From assembly GCA_017993335.1 (NCBI GenBank), contig JAGOMX010000003.1:790-64789 (forward strand): DNA of 64,000 nucleotides, written 5' to 3'. The notes beneath the pieces were generated by a model, which worked only from the letters and a program-made list of their open reading frames with translations, made no database searches and was not told the DNA's origin. The position numbers were made by a program, and so were the translations under genes. Below are positions 19,864 through 28,430 of the stretch, in pieces. Source of the DNA: Alphaproteobacteria bacterium. GTDB lineage: Bacteria > Pseudomonadota > Alphaproteobacteria > JAGOMX01. The first letter of the stretch is position 1; each line of letters opens with the position of its first letter.

Positions 19864-21393
19864 ATGAACAACCTTTTTATCAACAATATCAAAAAATTTA
19901 GTTCATCTCGGATTTCTGTACAAGGGCAGTCTTATACAGGCGCGCAAATACTACATAAAAAAAACGATGTGGTGAAGTCTCTCTCTGCTTATATTTTCTT
20001 GCCGAATGATCGTGTGGTTCTTGTAGGGGAAGGGGGCTTTGAGTGGCTTTCCTGTTATTTTGCCTTATTAGACTTAAACTTAAAAATTATCCCGATTGAT
20101 GCAGGTTTAGAAACCAAAGTTATTCAAGCAAAAATCAATCAAGCGAGCCCCCGGTATATCCTAAGTCTATCGAAAATGGATTTAGATTTGGGAGGTTTTG
20201 AAGAACATAAACTGGGCGAATCCCTTTATTTTTATCACTGCCAACAGCCGATTGTTCAGCACGAGGATAATGCCTTGATGATGATTGCTTCTTCGGGAAC
20301 GAGTGGCGCAGAAAAATTAATCATGTTGTCGCGGGCAAATATTCAGGCCGTTTTGGATCTTTATGATGAGTTGCTACAAAAAGTCTCCTTTGATTGCGTC
20401 ATGATTTGCCTGCCGATTTCGGCGATATATCCTTTAGCGATTACGTTGGTTTGCTTAAATGCTGGGAAAAAGGTGGTTTTTTGTAATCCTAAAAATGAAA
20501 ACCTCTCTCAAGTGATGATTCGTGAGGAGGTGGAAATTGTTCCCGCCGTTCCTCTAATGCTAGAAATGATTCATAAGGCCATATTTAGTAAAATAGAGAA
20601 TAATCCGTTAAAAAAATGGATTATTCGCCGAATTTTAGATCTCTTTGGATTCATGCGGCGCAGGTGGGCTGTTAATTTAGGGCCTTTTGTCTTAAAGATT
20701 GCGCATAAGCCTTTTGGTGATAAATTGAAATTATTCTTAAGTGGCGGCGCGACATTAAGTGTGAGCACTTTAAAAGATTTTTATAATCTTGGTTTTACCA
20801 TATACGAGGGTTACGGTCTTACGGAAGCGGCTGGATTGGTCACCTATCGCATGGATGATTATTCCGCTTTTGGCACGGTAGGAAAAGTTTCAGATCGTGT
20901 TTTGATGAAAATTTCTGATCAGGATGAAATTCTATTAAAAGGCCCACAGATTTTTTCCGGTTATTTCAATCAACAGAATGAGACCTCATCAGCCTTTGAT
21001 ATGGGGTGGTTTAAAACTGGTGATAAAGGCATGCTTGATGCAAACGGCAATTTGATCGTGAAGGGCCGTATAAAAGATATTATATTTTTATCCGATGAAA
21101 ACGGCTATGCGCCGGAAACTATTGAGGAATACTACAAAGGTATTCCGGGCATAAAAGAATTCATCGTTGTTGGGTGGATTCGAGAAAATACATCTGGTGA
21201 CTATTTAAGTTTAGTCGCTGTTAAAGAAGAGGGTGTGGTCGAATCAAAGGTTTTAGCCGACGTCGAAAGTCATAAAAAACATATTCCTCCACTATTTCAT
21301 ATTCAAGACGTTATTTTTTTGGATGAAATATTGAAAAATAAACTCGGTAAGGTTTGCCGTAACGTTATCAAAGCCAATATAGGGGTAAGGTAA
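19864..21393 (+). CDS. AMP-dependent fatty-acid ligase (acyl-CoA synthetase / FAAL-like), loading enzyme of the NRPS cluster
   Basis: 509 aa with ANL-superfamily cores: SSGTSGAEK (A3), GYGLTEA (A5), FKTGDKG (A7), KGRIKD (A8) and KLGKVCR (A10). Its stop codon is directly followed by the NRPS start. Confidence 0.85.
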   Translation: MNNLFINNIKKFSSSRISVQGQSYTGAQILHKKNDVVKSLSAYIFLPNDRVVLVGEGGFEWLSCYFALLDLNLKIIPIDAGLETKVIQAKINQASPRYILSLSKMDLDLGGFEEHKLGESLYFYHCQQPIVQHEDNALMMIASSGTSGAEKLIMLSRANIQAVLDLYDELLQKVSFDCVMICLPISAIYPLAITLVCLNAGKKVVFCNPKNENLSQVMIREEVEIVPAVPLMLEMIHKAIFSKIENNPLKKWIIRRILDLFGFMRRRWAVNLGPFVLKIAHKPFGDKLKLFLSGGATLSVSTLKDFYNLGFTIYEGYGLTEAAGLVTYRMDDYSAFGTVGKVSDRVLMKISDQDEILLKGPQIFSGYFNQQNETSSAFDMGWFKTGDKGMLDANGNLIVKGRIKDIIFLSDENGYAPETIEEYYKGIPGIKEFIVVGWIRENTSGDYLSLVAVKEEGVVESKVLADVESHKKHIPPLFHIQDVIFLDEILKNKLGKVCRNVIKANIGVR

Positions 21394-24300
21394 ATGTCAC
21401 TGATAAAAAGCGCAAAATTTATCTTTAAAAATCTCGGTAAGTTTTTATCGCAGCAATATGCTTATTCAAGATTTAATTTGCGCCATATGCCGAAAAAAGA
21501 GGATATGTTTAGAGCTTCTAACTGCCAGAAGCGTTTCTATACCCTACAAAGCATGGACGAAAGCAGTGTGGCGTATACGGTGAATGGTGTGGCTACGTAC
21601 ATGGGAAAAATAAATGTAGATGTCTTTCAAAAAGCCATCAATTTAATTACAGAAAAGAATGAAATATTTCGAACGACTTTTGTGCTGACAGAAGAAGGAC
21701 TTATGCAGAAAGTGAACCCTGTTTTTCAGACCACCGTTGGGGTGTATCATCTGGATGACGATTCGGTAGAGGTTGTTGAAAATCTAATGGGAAAAATTAC
21801 GACAGAACCTTTTGATTTGGCGCAATTACCCCTGTTTAGAATCTCACTGATTTTCTTACCTGGTGAACAGGTAAAGCTGCTGACAAATTTTCATCATGCG
21901 ATTTGGGATGCATGGTCTCAATTTAGTTTTTATAAAGAACTCGCGAGGGTCTACAACCAATTAATGCAAGGGGACGACATTAAGCTTGCGGATAAACCTA
22001 TTGACTATAGGCACTATGCTTATGTGGAAGGACAAACCATAGAATCCGGCGATAAAAAGACAATAGCCTATTATTACCAGTACTTGAAAAAATTTGAACC
22101 GATGGATTTTAATTTTATTAAAAGCAAAAACAGTTCAAAAAAGGCACACAATTTCAATGCCTATTTTAGCCATGGAACCGTCAATAATATCAGAAAAAGG
22201 TGTGAGGAATTAAATTGTTCCATGCATGACTTTATGTTGGCATGCTTTTTAATGATGATTTTTAAATACACGCGCAACAATCATGTAGCCTCAATGATTC
22301 CAAGGTTTTCTAGGTTTAATAAAAAGATTCTCAGCGTATATGGCCCTATGTTAAATGCTTTACCGATTATCGTGGATAGCCATGATGATGTGGTGTTTTC
22401 TGATTTTGTGCAATCGGTCAAAACCCAGATACGCACGTTATTTAAATATGATAACATGCCTTACGATTATATTTTAGAGCAAGTACAAAACGAAAAGGAT
22501 GCGCCGTCTATTGGGCCGATTCCTTTATTGTTTAATTATCTGTCTCAGCATTGGTTCAGCGTGGATGATTTTTCTGAATTGGTCTACCTGAAGAATGAAT
22601 TGGTGTCGAAAGAAGTCGACTTTTTGATGGCTTTTTACATTGTCGGGTTTGATCGGAGCAATCAATTGGCTATGAGTGTGACGTATCAAAAAGATAAAAT
22701 CGACTTTAATACAATGAAGATTGTTGTGGATCACTATCGCGCGCTTATACAAAAAGTTTCTAAGGATCCAAGCAAGGCTTTCAAGGATTATGCCCTGGAA
22801 TGTAACGATTTGCCGAACATTCCGAATTATTTATCTTGGCCGAAGTGTCATGCGAGATTCTCTCCGGTTATGAAAAAAATATATGAGAATGCCCTTTCGC
22901 AACCCAATTCAAAAGCGTTGATTACAGGAAATGAGCAGACCTCCTATGGCGAGCTGGCGGATTTAAGCGCATATTATTTTGATCAACTGGAGAGTATAGA
23001 AAAAAATGATGTGGTGGCTATCTCTGGTGTCCGCGATAAACGTTTTTATGCGGCGATGTTAGCGGCTTTATCCGCGGGAGCCACTATTTATATTTTTGAT
23101 CCCAACACGGATAAAAAACTATTGCAGTCTACACTGACACAGATAAATCCAAGATATTGTTTATTGTCCGATACGGCAGATGGTAAATATATCTGGCAAC
23201 TGAAAGAAGTGTTTCATGGGGACGTTACATTTATTTCCTTGGGCGAAAATATAGACCGTGTCCGTATAGAAAATCATCCTATTTTGAACCATGTTGCGCA
23301 CATAAATGAATCGGATCGGGCGTATGTGTGCTCTACGTCTGGTTCAACGGGTGTGCCAAAGATTGTTCAGGTGGCTCACGGTGGTTTATGTCATTTTATT
23401 GAATGGCAGGTCAATCAATTTAAAATTACATCGGACGATACATGCGCACAGCTGACAAATCCTAATTTTGATGTGTGCTACCGGGAAATTTTCACGCCCT
23501 TGTATGCGGGGGGTGTATTAGTTGTTCCGGATTCAGATGATTATCTGACACAAGGTAATTTTTTCCAGTGGCTTATGGATAAAAAAATAACTTTTTTCCA
23601 TACCGTTCCCAGCATTTTAAATTTGCTTTCGGCAGAAATCTCCAATTACGAAGAGTTAGCCTTAACAGAATTGCGTTGGGTTTTTAGTGCTGGAGAGCCC
23701 CTGCATAGTGAATTAATTAAAACAATCCGTAGTCGTGTTTATTATTTTCCGACGCTCGTCAATCTTTATGGTCCTACGGAAACCTGTCTGGCTAAGGCTT
23801 ACTATGTGGTGCCGATGGAATTGAAAGAGGGGGTTCAGCCCGTCGGAAATCCATTGCCCAAGACAGAGATATATGTATTAAATTCCACCGGAACAATTTG
23901 CGGAATGGGAGAAGCAGGCGAGATTCATATCCGTCCTCCCTTTACCGTGTTGGGTTATTTAGATGGTAATCCTGAAAAATTTAAAATCAATCCACATACC
24001 CAAAATGAAACGGATAAAATCTATGCGACGGGTGACTTGGGGTATTGGGATGATAAGGGTCTATTGCACGTCATTGGTCGTCTGGATGATCAGGTGAAAA
24101 TTAATGGTATACGGGTGGAATTAGACGCTATTAAGCAAGCGATCATGAAACACCCAGATGTGCGGATGGCAGCGGTTATTTATGATGCCAATAAACTAAC
24201 CGCATTTTATAGCTTAAAAGAAATGCCTCAAGAAACTCTTCAGAGCAGTATTCAGGCACATACCCTTGATCTATTGCCTCCCCATATGCATCCGAATTCT

Positions 24301-25836
24301 TTTGTCGAGCTGGATGAAATTCCTTTGCTGCCGTCTGGAAAAATAAACAAACGAGCCTTAAAGGCTATGGTTGTTGCCCCGACAGAAGAAGCTCCCATAA
24401 CCTTGCCTGTCACGCAGACGGAAAAGAAGCTCTATGAAATATGGGCTGCCGTGCTGAAAAATGATAAGGTTTCAACAACAGCCCCCCATAAAAACGTTGG
24501 TTTGAATTCTTTACTCGTCATTCAGGTGATTTTAAGTATTAAAAAACACATGAAACTTACGATTAAACCGATCGAATTTGTTCAATATAAAAACTTGAAA
24601 GAAATAGCTCAACTGATCGATAGTCGCGCAGGTGTCGTGCAGGAGGATGAAAGTTTAGTCTCCTTTAAGACGGTTAAAGAATTAAAAGCTCTTGTGCCTG
24701 TTGTGCAAGATCTAGAAAACTTAAAACCGGCGAATCCTGTCCATGCACATATCTTTTTAACAGGAATGCCAGGATTTTTAGGATGTTACTTATTAAGGGA
24801 TCTGTTGCAAACCTACCCGAAGGCAAAGATCTCGATCCTTATTCGTGCCAAAGATATAGATGAAGCAAAATTGCGTATGGAAGAGGCTTTCCAGCGCATG
24901 TCTTATAAGCCCAGTCCTGACGATTGGCAACGTATCGACATCTGCATCGGAGATTTACAGCAAGCTAATTTTGGCTTTACTCAAGAAAATTACCAGAGAC
25001 TGGCTGAAAGTGTGGATAGCATTTATCATGCGGGGGCCTTTGTGAACTTTTTGTATGATTATGAGGCTTTAGAAAAGGCAAATGTCTTTGGTACTCATGA
25101 AGTGATTCGTCTGGCAAGTGCGCATCAAGTTAAGCCTATCAGTTATGTCTCCACAGCGGGTATCTTTCCAGCTCGAAAAGAATTTGTCGACAAGTACATC
25201 CAGGAAGATTTTGATATAGATTTTGGCGACGAGCAACGACTGTATGGTGGGTATGCTCAAACCAAGTGGGTTGCCGAAAAATTGATGCATGGGGCTGCAG
25301 AAAAGGGCATACCTATTTCTGTTTATCGATTGGGCCGTATTGGTGGAGATTCCCAAACAGGTTTTTGGCCGCAGAATGATTTTATTTATTGCTTCTTAAA
25401 AACAGTGCATGATCTATCTTCTATTCCGGATCTACCCTTAAAGATAGATCTTTTGCCTGTAGATCTAGCCTCTAAAATTATAGTGGAGATTGAAAAGGCC
25501 TCGCCTTATCAAAACCGTAGCTATAACTTAATTAATCCGAATAGAATCTCCATCACAGAGATGCAAGGCATATTAAGCAACGGCAATTCGAAACCCAGTA
25601 TTGATCCTTACGTACAATGGCGTCAAAAGATTATTGATAGTTTATCTAGTGATAAACCTGCAGCGCTGGGTGCTTTTGTGGGGCTGTTACCGGAAGAGCA
25701 TACAGCATTGCCGCGATTGCAGTATGATCGTTTGTTTGCGGTAGATAACGTATTAGAGGCCTTACAAGGTACGAATGTGGTCTTTACGGCTATCGACAAG
25801 ACGCTTATCCAAAAGTATTTAAATCCTGATGAATAG
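21394..25836 (+). CDS. Single-module nonribosomal peptide synthetase, domain order C-A-T(PCP)-R (terminal thioester reductase)
   Basis: 1480 aa. The C domain has HHAIWDAWS (HHxxxDxxS). The A domain has YVCSTSGSTGVPK, NLYGPTE, YATGDLGYWD and GRLDDQVKINGIRVEL. The PCP has the LGG(x)S-like motif, matched by ...VGLNSLLVIQ. The C-terminal SDR-type reductase has FLTGMPGFLG (TGxxGxxG) and YAQTK (YxxxK). Confidence 0.9.
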   Translation: MSLIKSAKFIFKNLGKFLSQQYAYSRFNLRHMPKKEDMFRASNCQKRFYTLQSMDESSVAYTVNGVATYMGKINVDVFQKAINLITEKNEIFRTTFVLTEEGLMQKVNPVFQTTVGVYHLDDDSVEVVENLMGKITTEPFDLAQLPLFRISLIFLPGEQVKLLTNFHHAIWDAWSQFSFYKELARVYNQLMQGDDIKLADKPIDYRHYAYVEGQTIESGDKKTIAYYYQYLKKFEPMDFNFIKSKNSSKKAHNFNAYFSHGTVNNIRKRCEELNCSMHDFMLACFLMMIFKYTRNNHVASMIPRFSRFNKKILSVYGPMLNALPIIVDSHDDVVFSDFVQSVKTQIRTLFKYDNMPYDYILEQVQNEKDAPSIGPIPLLFNYLSQHWFSVDDFSELVYLKNELVSKEVDFLMAFYIVGFDRSNQLAMSVTYQKDKIDFNTMKIVVDHYRALIQKVSKDPSKAFKDYALECNDLPNIPNYLSWPKCHARFSPVMKKIYENALSQPNSKALITGNEQTSYGELADLSAYYFDQLESIEKNDVVAISGVRDKRFYAAMLAALSAGATIYIFDPNTDKKLLQSTLTQINPRYCLLSDTADGKYIWQLKEVFHGDVTFISLGENIDRVRIENHPILNHVAHINESDRAYVCSTSGSTGVPKIVQVAHGGLCHFIEWQVNQFKITSDDTCAQLTNPNFDVCYREIFTPLYAGGVLVVPDSDDYLTQGNFFQWLMDKKITFFHTVPSILNLLSAEISNYEELALTELRWVFSAGEPLHSELIKTIRSRVYYFPTLVNLYGPTETCLAKAYYVVPMELKEGVQPVGNPLPKTEIYVLNSTGTICGMGEAGEIHIRPPFTVLGYLDGNPEKFKINPHTQNETDKIYATGDLGYWDDKGLLHVIGRLDDQVKINGIRVELDAIKQAIMKHPDVRMAAVIYDANKLTAFYSLKEMPQETLQSSIQAHTLDLLPPHMHPNSFVELDEIPLLPSGKINKRALKAMVVAPTEEAPITLPVTQTEKKLYEIWAAVLKNDKVSTTAPHKNVGLNSLLVIQVILSIKKHMKLTIKPIEFVQYKNLKEIAQLIDSRAGVVQEDESLVSFKTVKELKALVPVVQDLENLKPANPVHAHIFLTGMPGFLGCYLLRDLLQTYPKAKISILIRAKDIDEAKLRMEEAFQRMSYKPSPDDWQRIDICIGDLQQANFGFTQENYQRLAESVDSIYHAGAFVNFLYDYEALEKANVFGTHEVIRLASAHQVKPISYVSTAGIFPARKEFVDKYIQEDFDIDFGDEQRLYGGYAQTKWVAEKLMHGAAEKGIPISVYRLGRIGGDSQTGFWPQNDFIYCFLKTVHDLSSIPDLPLKIDLLPVDLASKIIVEIEKASPYQNRSYNLINPNRISITEMQGILSNGNSKPSIDPYVQWRQKIIDSLSSDKPAALGAFVGLLPEEHTALPRLQYDRLFAVDNVLEALQGTNVVFTAIDKTLIQKYLNPDE

Positions 25837-26476
25837 CTGGGTAGAGTGTCTCATCGATTTAAATCCTGGCGCACCGCGAGACGTTTTGTGGAAGAGTATA
25901 GATTTGCCGCCGTATTTATCCTTAAGCTACGAACCTCGTCAATCCCAGTTTATTGCTGGCCGTATTTGTGCGGCTCGTGGAATAGAAAAATTGACGGGCC
26001 ATTTAGATATACCCGCCTGGAATGATGATGAAAGCCCTTGTTGGCCAGAAGGCATTGTCGGATCCATCGCCCATACAGATAATCATGCGATAGCTGTGGT
26101 GGGAAGATCTCATGCTTTTACCAGTTTAGGTGTCGATATAGAAAGTTTAGCTGTGGATGAGGCTGTTATTCGATCCATTGAAAGTGAAGTGCTGGTCGGT
26201 GGTGAAATGAATCTATTTTCCTCCATGGACCAAAATACGCATAAACAAAATATGCTTTCGGTTTTTTGTATAAAAGAAGCCGTCTTTAAATGCTTATATC
26301 CTGTGGTTCAGGAGCTATTCGATTTTGACGCCGTGGAGGTTGTAGATCCGGATTTGATGTATGGTAGGAATCAAATACGCATACGAAAAAATTTTTCCCC
26401 CACGTTAAACTTGGAATACCTCAGTTGCCGTGTCCGATTGCAGAATAATCTAGTGTATGTTGTTGTAAATATTTAA
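25829..26476 (+). CDS. 4'-phosphopantetheinyl transferase (Sfp/EntD type)
   Basis: 215 aa. GVDIESL and FCIKEAVFKC (the PPTase (W/F)xxKEAxxK motif). Overlaps the NRPS gene by 8 nt. Confidence 0.8.
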   Translation: MNSWVECLIDLNPGAPRDVLWKSIDLPPYLSLSYEPRQSQFIAGRICAARGIEKLTGHLDIPAWNDDESPCWPEGIVGSIAHTDNHAIAVVGRSHAFTSLGVDIESLAVDEAVIRSIESEVLVGGEMNLFSSMDQNTHKQNMLSVFCIKEAVFKCLYPVVQELFDFDAVEVVDPDLMYGRNQIRIRKNFSPTLNLEYLSCRVRLQNNLVYVVVNI

Positions 26477-26520
26477 CTATAAATTAAATAAGTGTTGTTA
26501 AAATATAATATATAGTAAGT

Positions 26521-27006
26521 GTGAGGATAATATATATGGATAACAATGTAAGTGTTTTGCAAAATAATAACGATTCTAGCGTTCGTTATGCTGGTTTCTG
26601 GCTCCGTTTTTCTGCTTCTTTTATAGATGGTCTATTTGTATTGTTTCTTGTTTTATTGATGATGTTCATTGTGGGGTTGCCTATCCTGGCTTCAGGAAAT
26701 GAAAATACTGAACCCAGCGGCGTATTTTCCATTTTTACTGTGATCGTTACGTTTGTCTTTCCCTTTTTATATGAGCCGGTCATGCATAGTTCGAAATACC
26801 AGGCGACGGTCGGCATGATGGCTCTGAACTTAAAGATTGTGGATCTGGAGCATAAGAAGATATCCTTTTGGCGAGCCTTGGGCCGTTATTTAGCAACCAT
26901 TATATCGAGTTTGATACTATATATTGGTTTTATCATGATTGCCTTTACGGAAAAAAAGCAGGGCCTGCATGATATGATCGCTGGCACCCTTGTCATACGT
27001 GAGTAA
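26521..27006 (+). CDS. RDD-family membrane protein
   Basis: 161 aa with 3 TM helices; the RYAGFWLRFSASFIDGL opening is typical of RDD domains. Confidence 0.65.
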   Translation: MRIIYMDNNVSVLQNNNDSSVRYAGFWLRFSASFIDGLFVLFLVLLMMFIVGLPILASGNENTEPSGVFSIFTVIVTFVFPFLYEPVMHSSKYQATVGMMALNLKIVDLEHKKISFWRALGRYLATIISSLILYIGFIMIAFTEKKQGLHDMIAGTLVIRE

Positions 27007-27017
27007 TATAAGAGACC

Positions 27018-27359
27018 TCATTTAAAATAATGAGGGGACAGCATTTTTATCTCCACGGACAGGATCACATCCTGTTCGCTGGGGATTTCTTTTTTTATCA
27101 GCTCCAGCAGCAATTGCCCTGTATGATTCAAAACCTCCGCTGTTCTTCCGGCCATGATTCTGACTTTTACATGGACAAAGGCCTGATCTGATTGACCGTC
27201 GGTGATATAAAATTTATCCAGGCATGAAAATTGTGTTCGACAGCTTGCGCGATCGGCGGGCAAATTATCGACCAGTAGGGTATGTATCGGATCACCTAAC
27301 GCGAGTAATTTTTCAGAATTTTTTAGGTTGGTTGTGTATTCGATGCTGATTTGAGGCAT
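27018..27359 (-). CDS. 5-carboxymethyl-2-hydroxymuconate isomerase-like tautomerase
   Basis: 113 aa. The MPQISIEY N-terminus (catalytic Pro1) and DGQSDQAFVHVKVRIMAGRTAEV...LLELIK align with E. coli HpcD. Confidence 0.75.
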   Translation of the reverse strand: MPQISIEYTTNLKNSEKLLALGDPIHTLLVDNLPADRASCRTQFSCLDKFYITDGQSDQAFVHVKVRIMAGRTAEVLNHTGQLLLELIKKEIPSEQDVILSVEIKMLSPHYFK

Positions 27360-27374
27360 ATGGGGTTCCTTATT

Positions 27375-28430
27375 TTAAAAGCTCATTTCTATCAATCGGG
27401 AGGCAGTTCTGGCAAAAAACTCATGATTTTTGCCGGATTTATACAGCTGATCTGGCTCGGCTTCAGCAGATAAGACGAGGTTGCGTCCTTGATCATAAAT
27501 CACATCTATCAGCGTAATGAAGCGCTTGGCTTGATTGTGCATAGATGAATCCATAACGGGAATGTTTTCTAAAAAGATAGTATGAAAGTGGTGAACGATA
27601 GATAAATAATCGACCGCTCCTAAATTTGTGTCGCAGAGGTCCTTAAAAGTCGTCCTGACGATGCCGTTCGCCACGCAAGGAAATGTAAGATTCCGGCCCT
27701 TTACGATGAGGTTCTCGGTTGTGCTTTTATGACCGTTGGATAACAAGGTGAAGAGCTGCGAAAGGGCGGTATCGGTTTCAGGGGTTAAAGGGTAAAAGTA
27801 TCTTTTGTGTTGACGCAAAATGGCTCTTCGATAGTCTGTGTCTCCACTCAACTCATATACATTACAATACTCTTTTAAGGTATCCATAAAGGGTAAGAAG
27901 CGATCCCGGTGCAATCCGCCCTCATACAATCCATCCGGATGTTGATTCGAGGTGGCCACAACAACCGTACCTAACTCAAATAAACGAGAGAAGAGCCTGC
28001 CCAAAATCATGGCATCCGCAATATCACAAACGTGGAATTCATCAAAGCAAAGGACTTGTGCCTTGTGTGCAATTTCTGTGGCGAGCGTTTCTATGGGAGA
28101 GTCTTGGCCTGTGGCGATTTCTTTTAATCTTTGATGCACTTGTTTTTGCATAAAGCTGTGAAAGTGGTATCTTTTCTTTCTTTTGATTTCCAAGTTATGA
28201 AAAAACCAATCCATCAGCATGGTTTTTCCTCGACCCACCGACCCATAGATATATAAGCCCTTTAACGGAGAAGACTTGCGCAAACGGTTGAATAGTTTTT
28301 GCGATAAACTCATCTGACTATTTTGCTGTAATTCCAGCTGTAGGGTTTCAAGGGCATGCTGAATGGTTTGCTGGTGCATATCCAGCTGCGGTAAGTCCAG
28401 GGATATTTTCGGGTTTACGTGTCTGCCCAT
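27375..28430 (-). CDS. zapE: AFG1-like ATPase ZapE
   Basis: 351 aa. Walker A YIYGSVGRGKTMLMD, Walker B LCFDEF, and the overall AFG1 family pattern. Confidence 0.85.
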   Translation of the reverse strand: MGRHVNPKISLDLPQLDMHQQTIQHALETLQLELQQNSQMSLSQKLFNRLRKSSPLKGLYIYGSVGRGKTMLMDWFFHNLEIKRKKRYHFHSFMQKQVHQRLKEIATGQDSPIETLATEIAHKAQVLCFDEFHVCDIADAMILGRLFSRLFELGTVVVATSNQHPDGLYEGGLHRDRFLPFMDTLKEYCNVYELSGDTDYRRAILRQHKRYFYPLTPETDTALSQLFTLLSNGHKSTTENLIVKGRNLTFPCVANGIVRTTFKDLCDTNLGAVDYLSIVHHFHTIFLENIPVMDSSMHNQAKRFITLIDVIYDQGRNLVLSAEAEPDQLYKSGKNHEFFARTASRLIEMSF

